A stretch of DNA of 64,000 nt. Origin: Candidatus Latescibacterota bacterium (GTDB taxonomy: Bacteria; Latescibacterota; UBA2968; UBA8231). The stretch is taken from the NCBI GenBank assembly GCA_965204725.1, contig OZ242005.1, positions 4,128,001 through 4,192,000 on the forward strand, written 5' to 3'. The position numbers and the translations under genes are program-made. The first letter of the stretch is position 1, and each line of letters opens with the position of its first letter. The notes below the pieces were generated by a model. That model saw only the letters and a program-made list of their open reading frames with translations. It ran no database searches and was not told the DNA's origin. Positions 37,039-46,519 of the stretch are shown here, piece after piece.

Positions 37039-38718
37039 TCATGTTTGGCGGACGAGGGCCTCCACCTGTGTGCGGAAGACCTCAATTTGCGCCGCGTATT
37101 GGTGGCGCAATTGGATGATGAACTGCCCAAAGAGCCGCTCCTGCTTTTGGCGGCGAACCAACGCCCGGGCGCGGTGCTCGGCTTGCGCGAAGGGCCTCGG
37201 GGCGGCGTCGATCGTCGAATCGAGCAAGCGGAAAATGGCGTAGTACGGGCCGCTAATCGGCTCGGGGCTTAGCACCTCGGCCGCAGCGACCTCCAAGGCA
37301 ATAGGACCGATGAGGGCACCGATTTTTTGCCCTTGCGCCGCCTCAAAGAGCGGGACGAACTGTTGCTTCTCCCAAGGATGCAGGTGAAACTCGCCTTGGT
37401 TCGCTCGGCCGCGCCGGCGCAGGGTGTGCTCGGCCGCGAGTGCGCCCAAGTTGCCGCCGCGCTCCACTTCCTCGCGCAACGCGAGTGCCTCCTCCTCGGT
37501 GCGGAGCAAAACCTCCTGCACGGTGATCGATTCGAGGGGGCGGAAAAGGTCTGGGTGGCGGTCGTAGAACGCACGAGCTTCTTCGCGGCTGGCGAAGACG
37601 CCATCAACCACGTCCCGACGCATGGCCACCAGCAGGTTGGACAGCCACCGCCTTTGAAACCAAGCCACCACTTCTTCTTCGCGGTCAATGCCTGCGGTAT
37701 GTGCGCCGGCCAAGAGCAGGGCGCGCGGCTCGACGATGTCATTGACGAACCAGTCGAACCGCTCGGGCGCGTCTGCTGGGAAGCCGACGCCTAGCGCACG
37801 GGCAAAATCGAGCAGGTCGCCGATGGTAAAGACGCCGCTCGCGTGCTCGTAGATAGGCTGCTCGCGCTCGGCCGCAGAAAACGCCTTCGCACCCTGCCCG
37901 ACGCGCCCGCGCACTCGCTCCAAGGCTTGCGCGTGAATCGCAAAATCGAGTTCCTGCCGCAAGCGGGCCGACAGTGCCTGCACGGCTGGCGGCAGCTTCT
38001 CCTTGAGCAACTCGGCCTCAATGACCGACTGTACAACCGAGAGCGCGACCGGTCTTTCGGCTGTCACCTCGTACACGCCGAATTGGTCGTTGAAGAACAC
38101 CGGCTCCGAGAACTGACCCGGTTCCAGCGGAAAGACTTCCTCCTGCAAGATGCGTGGATACAACTCGTCCTTGAGTAGGGAGCGCCCCCTCTCTAGCCGG
38201 GTCTCGGCGAGCAAGTTGCGGTCGGCATAGAGGTCAAAGTCGGCACCGCGCTCCAAGGCCGCCTTGATTGCGTACGCCTCTTGTCGCGTAGCTACGACGA
38301 TGCGCCGCACCTGCACGGCGCGATCTCGCCCTGTCTTTTGCTGGTGGGCCAGCATTTCCTCTTGCGTGTGGACGATCTTGTCGTGGACCTCTAGCTGCAA
38401 AAAACGGCGCAAGACGCGATCGCTATGTAGTTTGTCCATCTTGCGGCGGAAGTCGGCGCGCTGGTCGAGGCCCCGCTTTTTGGCCTCTAAGACCATGAGC
38501 TCCTTGTCGATCATGGTCTGCAAGTAGTCGAAATAGGCGTCAGCACCCGTCTTTTTGCTCCGCAGATCGGGGTGTAGCCTTTCTTCAAACTCCAGCAGTT
38601 GGGGAACGTCAATTTCCACCTCGCCGACTCGGGCCACCACCAAATCCTCGGTGGGTGGCCCGCAGGTCCATAAAACGAGGAGCCACAGCCAATATGCCGC
38701 CTGTTTCGCTCTACTCAC
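37039..38718 (-). CDS. Parvulin (PpiC/PrsA/SurA-like) foldase lipoprotein with two PPIase modules
   Basis: Signal ending in WTC, VVARVG..EI, EAKKRGLD, two repeats of I.V.T.EEA...G..F/L..A; GTG start overlapping the upstream stop. Confidence 0.75.
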   Translation of the reverse strand: MSRAKQAAYWLWLLVLWTCGPPTEDLVVARVGEVEIDVPQLLEFEERLHPDLRSKKTGADAYFDYLQTMIDKELMVLEAKKRGLDQRADFRRKMDKLHSDRVLRRFLQLEVHDKIVHTQEEMLAHQQKTGRDRAVQVRRIVVATRQEAYAIKAALERGADFDLYADRNLLAETRLERGRSLLKDELYPRILQEEVFPLEPGQFSEPVFFNDQFGVYEVTAERPVALSVVQSVIEAELLKEKLPPAVQALSARLRQELDFAIHAQALERVRGRVGQGAKAFSAAEREQPIYEHASGVFTIGDLLDFARALGVGFPADAPERFDWFVNDIVEPRALLLAGAHTAGIDREEEVVAWFQRRWLSNLLVAMRRDVVDGVFASREEARAFYDRHPDLFRPLESITVQEVLLRTEEEALALREEVERGGNLGALAAEHTLRRRGRANQGEFHLHPWEKQQFVPLFEAAQGQKIGALIGPIALEVAAAEVLSPEPISGPYYAIFRLLDSTIDAAPRPFAQAEHRARALVRRQKQERLFGQFIIQLRHQYAAQIEVFRTQVEALVRQT

Positions 38719-41566
38719 TAAGCCCTGCTTGTATGGTGACAAACGTCAAACCACTGGTTTCGGTCCTGGCCCTCTGCGCGGCGCGCTCGATCTGCCGCTT
38801 GTCGATGCGAAGCCCCACTTGCGACATCAGCTTATAGCCCAAGTACGAGGTCGTATTGGACAATTGCACGGCCAAGGACGTCTCGTCGTAGTCCCCGGTG
38901 GGATCGTCCGGGGTGACGGCACTCTCGTCCACGACCAAGTCGCGGAAGCGCAAGTACTCCGCGCCGAGTTGTATGACCGAGCGTTTCATAAAGGGCACCT
39001 TGACCAGTACCGAGGCCAGTACGCTCCAATCGCGCCGCTCGGCCATGGGAGCCCCGAGCTGCCGCTCGACATTGAACGGGGTGTCGTCCATGAACAGCTC
39101 TTGCTTGAGGCGCGGCAACGCGGTTATGCGGCCCAGATGCACTGGGTACTCGGCCTTGTTGATCAGCCCCAAGCGCCGCGCATTGCGTTGCAAGGGGCGG
39201 CCATCGCGGTCAACGGCATCTTCTCGCCGCTGCTGTATGAATTCGTACAGCAGCTTGCCCTCGCCGGCAAAGCCAGCGCGGCGACCCTCAGCCCCTATCC
39301 ACAGCTTGTTGACCAAGGCGTCGCCCATGCCCAGCGGATCGCGAATGGCGATCATGTTGCCCGAGGAATTGCTCGGGCGACCGAGCACGGGGCGCGGTTG
39401 AATCCACTGGACCAAGTCTTCGGCGATCGCGTCGGCCACCCACTTGAACGAATTATACGCCGTCAGTGTGCCCAATCCGGCAAAGCTCTGCTCGTACGCA
39501 AGCAAGGCATAGTACGTGCGGTTGCACGCCCCGGTCGTCGGCTCGCGCTCCCACACCTGCCCAGTCGTCAGCTTGAGCTCGGGCCGGAGGTCCGCGCTCA
39601 GATAGGCGTTGTACCCGCGCCGGTCGCGCTTGTAGGGGTAGTCGGGCTCATCGTCGTTTTCAAAGCGGTCGCCCCAGCCATTGTTGTTCAAGTCGAGGGC
39701 AAAAAGGTACTCGGGCCGATCGACATTGTAGCGGAGAAAAGGCTCTTCGTAGTCGGGCAGGAAATTGGGACGCTCGCGCAGATCGTTTTGATTGAAGTCG
39801 GAAATGAAGTCGTTGTTCTCGTCGAGACCCGGAAAGACCGCGTCGTCGGCAAAGCCCTCAAAGGTGCGGGCGCGGAGGCCGCGCTGGTCGGCGGTGCGCC
39901 CGTCGTCGAAGCGGCGCTTTTGGTCGTTGATGCGGTCGTTGTCGTCGTTGTCATCGACAAAGTCGTACCCGTGCCGCGACCGCGCTTCGGCGTCGTTGGA
40001 CCAATCCACCCGGCCGCTGCTATCGACAAAGCGCGGGCTCGTGTTGTACTCGGCATCTAGGCCGAATGCCTCGCCAAAAAAGAAAAACGGGGCAAAGCGA
40101 CGCGAGACATTGAGCATCCAGCCGAGGGCCGCGCGATCGCCGCCAATGCCCGAGGACGCCTTGTGCGTATCCCGCGTCCGCGTCGGGTACTGGGTGAATT
40201 GGTGGTTGACGTTGAATTCGCCATACACGCGGAAGCCAGCCCAATCGTCGGCCTGTAGCGTCAGCCCGGCCACCTGCGTCGCCGTCGGCAGCCCGTAGTC
40301 AAAGACGACCGTGCGCTGGTTGGAGTTGTCCCAGACGTTGCCCTCGGCTCGGGCGACGGTGCGAAACTGCGGCTGCTCGCCGCTGGGGTTGTTGTCGGTC
40401 TGGCGGTTGGACGTGACTTCTACCTTGTAGTCGTTGCCCAACACCAAGCGGAAGCGCACCCGGCTGATTTGGTTGACCAAGTCCGCGCTCGGCACTGCCG
40501 CCTCTAGGTCCAAGACCGCTGGATCGTCGTCGGAAAACACGTATTCGAGCAAGATCTGGCTCGCCTCGCCCCGGCCCTCGGCCGTCAGAAAACCACCCCG
40601 CTCAATGCCGCCGACGATGCGCGGCGCGAAGCCAATCTGGCTGCCAATCAGCAGGGTGTCGCGCTCGCCGATCCGCGTTTCAATTTCAATGTCGCTGCTA
40701 AACAGCACGGCCCCACCGCCCCCGTCTGCGGGCGAGTCGTCGGTCAGCCGCACCACGATGCGGTCGATGCGTCCGTCTAGCTGGCCGCTGGTCAGCTTGC
40801 CCTTGAGCGGGTGGCCTTCAAAGCGGTCGGAGGCGGTCCGGCCGTTGTGCGCGTTGAGAAAGGTGCCGCCGATCCTCGTCGTAGCACCCAAGTCCCAGAC
40901 CACGCGCCCGCCGACGAGGTTGGTGAAGTTGTCCTCTGTCACGGGAAAAGGGTCCGTGCGGAAAAGCGGCAGGTTGATCCGCGACATGAGCACGGTAGCC
41001 GTCAGGCGATCGGCCGCGTAGTTGAACATAACTCCATTATACGCGGTCTTGCGAAAGGTCATGGGCGTTAGCATGGCGAAGATCTCGTCGCCGATGAGCA
41101 CTGAGAAGTAGTGCTGGCCCTTGGCGTCGCCGGCAATGACCAAGTTGTTGAACCACGAACCGTATTGGCCAGCCTGCAAAATGCCCGAGCCGCCCGAGCC
41201 GATCGGCTGGACCTGACGCCAGTCGTAAATCAACCACCCCTTGTTCAAGAAGCGCCCGTAGAGGTCGTAGAAGTACCCGCCCTCCAAGGCGGGATCGAGG
41301 TAGCGCCGGTAGGGGTCGCGTGCGTAGTTGGTATAGCCCCACTGCCGGCGGTACTCGCCGGCAACTTCCGACGGCAGATACCACTTTTGCAATGAGGGAT
41401 AGACGGCCTCCATGCGGAGTCCCGTGCCGGCCGAATAGTAAATCGGCTGCCCCGCTTCGATGCGGCCCAAGCGGTGGCCGTAGTCCTCGCGTTGGGCGTT
41501 GAGCGGCGCGGCCCAGAGTAGCGCGACCGAGCAGAGCGCACCGACGCGGCGCAAGCGGGCGTTCAT
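38711..41566 (-). CDS. Large secreted/outer-membrane protein, paralog B (acidic Dx[DN]xD loops, amphipathic beta strands)
   Basis: Sec signal; DDNDDNDR, DENNDFISD and DLNNNGWGD motifs; collinear with 41571-44327. Confidence 0.8.
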   Translation of the reverse strand: MNARLRRVGALCSVALLWAAPLNAQREDYGHRLGRIEAGQPIYYSAGTGLRMEAVYPSLQKWYLPSEVAGEYRRQWGYTNYARDPYRRYLDPALEGGYFYDLYGRFLNKGWLIYDWRQVQPIGSGGSGILQAGQYGSWFNNLVIAGDAKGQHYFSVLIGDEIFAMLTPMTFRKTAYNGVMFNYAADRLTATVLMSRINLPLFRTDPFPVTEDNFTNLVGGRVVWDLGATTRIGGTFLNAHNGRTASDRFEGHPLKGKLTSGQLDGRIDRIVVRLTDDSPADGGGGAVLFSSDIEIETRIGERDTLLIGSQIGFAPRIVGGIERGGFLTAEGRGEASQILLEYVFSDDDPAVLDLEAAVPSADLVNQISRVRFRLVLGNDYKVEVTSNRQTDNNPSGEQPQFRTVARAEGNVWDNSNQRTVVFDYGLPTATQVAGLTLQADDWAGFRVYGEFNVNHQFTQYPTRTRDTHKASSGIGGDRAALGWMLNVSRRFAPFFFFGEAFGLDAEYNTSPRFVDSSGRVDWSNDAEARSRHGYDFVDDNDDNDRINDQKRRFDDGRTADQRGLRARTFEGFADDAVFPGLDENNDFISDFNQNDLRERPNFLPDYEEPFLRYNVDRPEYLFALDLNNNGWGDRFENDDEPDYPYKRDRRGYNAYLSADLRPELKLTTGQVWEREPTTGACNRTYYALLAYEQSFAGLGTLTAYNSFKWVADAIAEDLVQWIQPRPVLGRPSNSSGNMIAIRDPLGMGDALVNKLWIGAEGRRAGFAGEGKLLYEFIQQRREDAVDRDGRPLQRNARRLGLINKAEYPVHLGRITALPRLKQELFMDDTPFNVERQLGAPMAERRDWSVLASVLVKVPFMKRSVIQLGAEYLRFRDLVVDESAVTPDDPTGDYDETSLAVQLSNTTSYLGYKLMSQVGLRIDKRQIERAAQRARTETSGLTFVTIQAGLSE

Positions 41567-41570
41567 GCCG

Positions 41571-44327
41571 CTACTCCAGCCCCGCGTACACGGTTATGAA
41601 ACTGGTGCTAAAGGCACTGATTTCACTGGCCCGCTCCAAGCCTTCATTCCCGACAATCACCCGCTCCTCCCACAGGCGCGTGTAACTAAAGCCAAACTGC
41701 GTCGTCAGCCGGTAGCCCAAGTAGGAGCTGGCACTGGACCATTGCAGGGCCAGCACCAAGTTGCGGAAGTCGCCCGTAGGCCCGGCCGGGCCGTTGGCGA
41801 GCTGGTCGTCCTCGTTGAGACCCAAGTCCCGGAATAGGGAAAATTCAACGCCCCCTTCTATCAGCGACTGGCTCAACAGCGGATGGCTCAGCAGCACGAT
41901 GCCCGTGCCAACCCACTCCTCGCGGTCCTCGGCGCGCGCTTCGAGCGCAGTCTGGTTGAGATACTCGCTCTTGACCTTGGGCTGCAACCTAAAGCCAGCC
42001 AAGCCACAGGTGTAATCCGCCTTATTGATCAACCCAATTAAGTGGCTGCCTCGGTTGAGCACCGGCCCTTTGACGCGGCTTTTGAACGCCTCGCCCTGCT
42101 GCCAAAAACGCTCGTACTTGAACTTGTTGCTCGCGTTTAGGTTGGCGAGCGGCTGATAATCGAGCTGTAAATAGGTCGTGTTGATCCACGTGTCCCGCGC
42201 CGGCAGAATGTCGCGCACCAGCGCGAGCGAGTTGACTTCGAGGTGGGGCGTCATCTCGCGCCGGTCGTCGGCGATATCGTCGGCCACGCGCCGCAGCATC
42301 TCAAAGGCTCGCAACCGGCCCCAAGTGAAGTCGCGGTCATAGGTCAGCAGACTATATGTGGCGCGGTTGCGCCGATCGGAGGCCATGCTCTTTTCGCTCA
42401 ACCTGCCCAACGTCAGCCGGGTGTGCGGGTTGAGGAAGACCCCGGCATACAGGTTGTAGCCCCGGCGATCGGCCTTGTAGGGGTAGTCGGGCAAGTCGTC
42501 GTTTTCAAAGCGGTCGATCCAACCATTGTTGTTTAGGTCGATGCCGAACAAAAACTCCGGGCGATCGGCCGCGTAGCGGAAGAACGGTTCTTCGTAGTCT
42601 GGGATGCGGTTGTTGAGAATGCGGTTGTCGTTTTGGTTGAAGTCGGAGACAAAGTCGTTGTTTTCGTCCCACCCCGGGAAGACGGCCACATCGCCGCCGC
42701 CCTGCGAGAAGCGGAACCAATCGGCCGAGCGGTCTTGGTCGTCGTTGTCGTCAACCAACTCGTACAGGGACGTGCGCGGATTGTCGTAGGTAATGCCCCC
42801 GTTGTCATCTACGATAAACGAACTCGTCGAGTACTCGGGGTCCATGCTGTACGCCTCGCCAAAAAAGTAAAACGGGGCGGCCACTTTTGCGGCGTTGATC
42901 ATCCAAGCCTCGGCGTCGCGGGCATGCGTGGCCAGCGAGCGGTCGGCGGCTTGTCGCGCCGGGTTGGGGTACTGGCTGTACGCACGGCTGACATCGAATT
43001 CCGCATATAGGTCAACGCCCTTAATATCCGCGGCGTCCAAGGTAAAGCCGTATATCAAGCGAGACGACGGCAGCCCGTAGTCGAAGACGACCCGCTGCTG
43101 ATTGGAATTGTCCTGCACATTGCCCTCCGCGCTGAGGACGTCGAACAACGCCGGGGATTGATCCTCAACGTCTTGGCCCGTCAGCGGCAAGACCGGCAGG
43201 GCGTACGTGCCCGTCTGCCGGTCGGACCAAACCTGCACCTTGTAGTCATTCGCCAAGACCAAGTCGAATTGTACCGCGACGATCTCCGAGGGGCGCGGGC
43301 CGGTGTAGGCAATATCCGCGAAGTCGTAGTTGATGACGATCTTTTCGTCGCCGTCGGCCGCTAAGGCCCCTTCCTTGGGCGCCCCGCCCGAGACCACGGG
43401 CCACCGCGCCGGATCGGCGACCACGTCGCGGAGCCTAAACTGCTCGCGCTCGCCCGTCTCTGGATCCTCGCTCGTCAATACGATGTCGTGCGAAAACAAG
43501 GTTGCCCCACCCCGCCCATCCTCGGGCGAGTCGTCGCTGAGGACGAGGGCAATGCCCGATATGGGCAGGCTGCCCTGATTGGCCGCGAGGGTCCCGACGA
43601 AGGGGTTGCGCTCAAACGCATCGGCCACGGTGGTAGAGTTGCGCGCATTGACCAAATTGGCCCCCACGGCCACGAAATCGCCGATCTGGACCACGGCGCG
43701 GCCAGCCATCAGGTTGGTCGCGTTGGAGACCGCACTGGGGTCGTCGGGCGTACTGCCGATGACCGGGCGGCTCACCCGCGAAAAGAGCAGCGTGCCCTCG
43801 TACTTGTCCGCAGCAAAGTCCATCTGCACGCCGCTGAAGGCCGGCTTGGAAAAGGTGAGCGGGGTTAGGGTCGTGCGGATGCGCTCGCCCACCGTGATCG
43901 CATAGTAGAACTGCCCCTGCGAGTCCGAGCTAATGGTGACCGCGTTGAACCAGTTGTTAAAGCGCTGATCTTTGAAGATGGACGAACCAAACTGGACGGG
44001 CTGGTTCTGGCTCCAGTCATAGATGAGCCAGCCGCGCGTCAAATAGTTGCCATACAGGTCGTAAAACGGCGAGCCTTCAATGGTAGTGCTGACGTAGCGT
44101 TCGTACGCGTCGCGGGCGTAGTTGGTGTACTGCCACTGCTGCCAACCATAGTCGGCAAACAGCTCCTGCGGCACGTACCAGCGCTTGACCGTTGGGTCCA
44201 AAGCGTCGAAAAGCACCCCCGGCCCGCGCGGTTCGTAGGTAATCTCCGCTCCCCAGCGCCGGCCTTGGGCATCGGCGCTCAGGGCCGCGCCGAGCAAGGC
44301 GGCGAGTATCCACCGTAGGTCTCTCAT
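41571..44327 (-). CDS. Large secreted/outer-membrane protein, paralog A
   Basis: Sec signal; shares WY.P...YTNYARD, GWLIYDW, VVFDYGLP, PDYEEPF and DRFENDD.PDYPYK with paralog B. Confidence 0.8.
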   Translation of the reverse strand: MRDLRWILAALLGAALSADAQGRRWGAEITYEPRGPGVLFDALDPTVKRWYVPQELFADYGWQQWQYTNYARDAYERYVSTTIEGSPFYDLYGNYLTRGWLIYDWSQNQPVQFGSSIFKDQRFNNWFNAVTISSDSQGQFYYAITVGERIRTTLTPLTFSKPAFSGVQMDFAADKYEGTLLFSRVSRPVIGSTPDDPSAVSNATNLMAGRAVVQIGDFVAVGANLVNARNSTTVADAFERNPFVGTLAANQGSLPISGIALVLSDDSPEDGRGGATLFSHDIVLTSEDPETGEREQFRLRDVVADPARWPVVSGGAPKEGALAADGDEKIVINYDFADIAYTGPRPSEIVAVQFDLVLANDYKVQVWSDRQTGTYALPVLPLTGQDVEDQSPALFDVLSAEGNVQDNSNQQRVVFDYGLPSSRLIYGFTLDAADIKGVDLYAEFDVSRAYSQYPNPARQAADRSLATHARDAEAWMINAAKVAAPFYFFGEAYSMDPEYSTSSFIVDDNGGITYDNPRTSLYELVDDNDDQDRSADWFRFSQGGGDVAVFPGWDENNDFVSDFNQNDNRILNNRIPDYEEPFFRYAADRPEFLFGIDLNNNGWIDRFENDDLPDYPYKADRRGYNLYAGVFLNPHTRLTLGRLSEKSMASDRRNRATYSLLTYDRDFTWGRLRAFEMLRRVADDIADDRREMTPHLEVNSLALVRDILPARDTWINTTYLQLDYQPLANLNASNKFKYERFWQQGEAFKSRVKGPVLNRGSHLIGLINKADYTCGLAGFRLQPKVKSEYLNQTALEARAEDREEWVGTGIVLLSHPLLSQSLIEGGVEFSLFRDLGLNEDDQLANGPAGPTGDFRNLVLALQWSSASSYLGYRLTTQFGFSYTRLWEERVIVGNEGLERASEISAFSTSFITVYAGLE

Positions 44328-44342
44328 TAAGGCCCTCCCTAA

Positions 44343-46508
44343 TCAGTACACCAACTCGACGACGCGGACCGCGCTCTCGCCGCCCGCATCGCTGGCCAAC
44401 GTCACGCGCACCAAGTAAATGCCCGGCGGCAGCGCGGCCCCACGCCCATCCGCACCGTCCCAAGGCATGGCGTACGAACCGCCGCCTTGGAGGCCGGAGA
44501 ATAGTTGGCGCACCCGGCGTCCGGCCAAATCGACGATTTCCACGTCAACCGGGGCCGGGCTGACCAACCGGCTCAGATCGTAGTACACGTGCGTCGCGTC
44601 GTTGATTCCATCGCCGTTGGGGCTAAAGGGCCGGGGCTCGGAGCGCACGTTGATCAGCAGGGGACTGCGGCCAGCCAGCGGCACATCGACCGAAAGGCCC
44701 CGGCTCGTCGCCGCGCCCACAGCCACAATATCGTCGTCGCCGGGCGCCAACGCGGCCACGTTGCCGGCGACGACCTCCTGCCCCACCTCTCCCTCGGCCC
44801 TGTTGAAGGCAAAACCGGCGAACTTGGTGCCGTAGCGCAACACGCGGCTGCGAAAGCGAATTCTGAGCTGGGCCGTCCGTCCGGTCGCCAGTTCGCTCTC
44901 GGCAATCAGGGGAAAGCGCACGCGAAAGCGACGCGCACCAACCGACTCAATGGCAAAGCGTCCGCTCTCGTCGGTCACCGGCAGCGCAGAAAGATCGGCC
45001 CTTGAAAAGTCTGCGGCCTCGACCCGACCATCGGCCGCTTCTACTTCGATGGACTCAATGGCCTCGACCTGCACCGGCGTGGCGATCTCAAAGCCGTCAA
45101 AGCCCGTATCTACGCCCGACCGAATGGAGGTTGGCATCACTGCATAGATGAAATCCACCGGCTTGCCCAAATCGACCTGCCGCGGAAAAATTTCTCCGAG
45201 AATCTGCGCGGCCGGCGGCGGCGTAGCCACGGTGAAGGCCAGCGGGCCGATGCCTGTGGCCCCGTCTAAGTCCTCGCTGAGAAAGTCGATGCGGAACTGT
45301 ATGTACCGCCTAGGCCCAGGCGAAACAATCGGCACGCCCAACTGGCCATCCTCAATTTCTGCCTCGGTCAACGCGGCCCCCAAATCGTAGGGTGAGGACC
45401 ACGGACTCCAAGCGTCTAGGTCGGCGACCACATTGCCCCGCTCGGCCCCCAAGCCCTTGTAGTCGTCCAGCGACAGCGAGATGGCGTTGCGCTCCGCCAG
45501 CGGCAGCGCACCAAAGAGCGCCCGCGCCCTCTCCAGATCGACTTGGTCGAGATTGACCTCGCCGCCCTCGGTCTCAACCGCGGCATTCTTTTGCCACGGC
45601 ACCTCGACTTGGGTCCCTTGAAAAAAGAAGCGCCGGGTATAGACCAAGGGATTGTCGTCCAAGCCCGTGCGGGTGCGGATGCGCGCACTGGAGAAACCAG
45701 CCGGGCCGACGCTTTCCTCCACCCAGCGAATGGTCCCCCACAAGCCCAAATCTGGGCCGAGGTCGAAGATGTTGGATAGGTATTCGGCCGTGGGCACGAA
45801 GCCGGTGCCAAAGACGCGGAACTCGGCGATCTCAAAACCGCTGCTGGTGCGCGACTGCAAGCGAATGAAGCGCACAAATTGCGGGGGAATGCTCAGACTG
45901 ACCAGCGCGTCTTGGTTGGCAGCATCCAACCGAAACGAGCGCCATTCCGGGCCGCCCGCGCCCTGCGTCTGTTCGCTGCCATCGTTGAAAAACAGTTCGT
46001 AGCCGCGGATGAAGTCCTCTTGGAAAGGCGCGGCGGGAAAGTCTGGGTGGCCGTTGCGCGGGAAAAACTGGACGCGCTGGACCCCAAAGCGAGCACCGAG
46101 GTCGAAGTCCATGGCCATGCCGCGGATGACAGCCACGTTCTTGCGCTCCAAGGCCGTTTCACCGTCGCCGTCAATCATCGTCTCTAGCTGCGACTCAATC
46201 CCCGCTTCGAGAACCGTCGGCGAGGTGACCGAGCCGCCGCGCCCGAGTATGCCGAGGGCTAGATTGGTGCCTTTGACGACGTTTTGCGGAAAAATCCAAC
46301 CCGCCCGTCCCTCGGGGTCAAAGTCGATCACTCCGCCCGGGGTGTTGCCGCGCTCGACGTCTCTGGCCCCGGTCGGGAAAATCGCCGGTATCTGGCCGCC
46401 GCCATCTTGCCAAGACGATCCGCTCGCGCCGCCGATGACAATGCTTTGCGTCTCGGCCATGCCTTGCAGGGCCGCTAGCAACAGCAGCGCGATCGGCAAC
46501 CCGTACAT
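44343..46508 (-). CDS. Secreted discoidin-like / FlgD-Ig C-terminal domain protein (paralog 3)
   Basis: Signal peptide; MIDGD, DLG and WSPWSSPY motifs; C-terminal FSPNGDGIND...DLAGRRVR...WDG...PGIY. Confidence 0.82.
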   Translation of the reverse strand: MYGLPIALLLLAALQGMAETQSIVIGGASGSSWQDGGGQIPAIFPTGARDVERGNTPGGVIDFDPEGRAGWIFPQNVVKGTNLALGILGRGGSVTSPTVLEAGIESQLETMIDGDGETALERKNVAVIRGMAMDFDLGARFGVQRVQFFPRNGHPDFPAAPFQEDFIRGYELFFNDGSEQTQGAGGPEWRSFRLDAANQDALVSLSIPPQFVRFIRLQSRTSSGFEIAEFRVFGTGFVPTAEYLSNIFDLGPDLGLWGTIRWVEESVGPAGFSSARIRTRTGLDDNPLVYTRRFFFQGTQVEVPWQKNAAVETEGGEVNLDQVDLERARALFGALPLAERNAISLSLDDYKGLGAERGNVVADLDAWSPWSSPYDLGAALTEAEIEDGQLGVPIVSPGPRRYIQFRIDFLSEDLDGATGIGPLAFTVATPPPAAQILGEIFPRQVDLGKPVDFIYAVMPTSIRSGVDTGFDGFEIATPVQVEAIESIEVEAADGRVEAADFSRADLSALPVTDESGRFAIESVGARRFRVRFPLIAESELATGRTAQLRIRFRSRVLRYGTKFAGFAFNRAEGEVGQEVVAGNVAALAPGDDDIVAVGAATSRGLSVDVPLAGRSPLLINVRSEPRPFSPNGDGINDATHVYYDLSRLVSPAPVDVEIVDLAGRRVRQLFSGLQGGGSYAMPWDGADGRGAALPPGIYLVRVTLASDAGGESAVRVVELVY

Positions 46509-46519
46509 CGCAACCTCCC

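Noticed and set aside
38555-40060. 501-aa plus-strand ORF
   Set aside because: Antisense shadow of the minus-strand OM paralog, which is supported by a collinear paralog; typical high-GC artefact.
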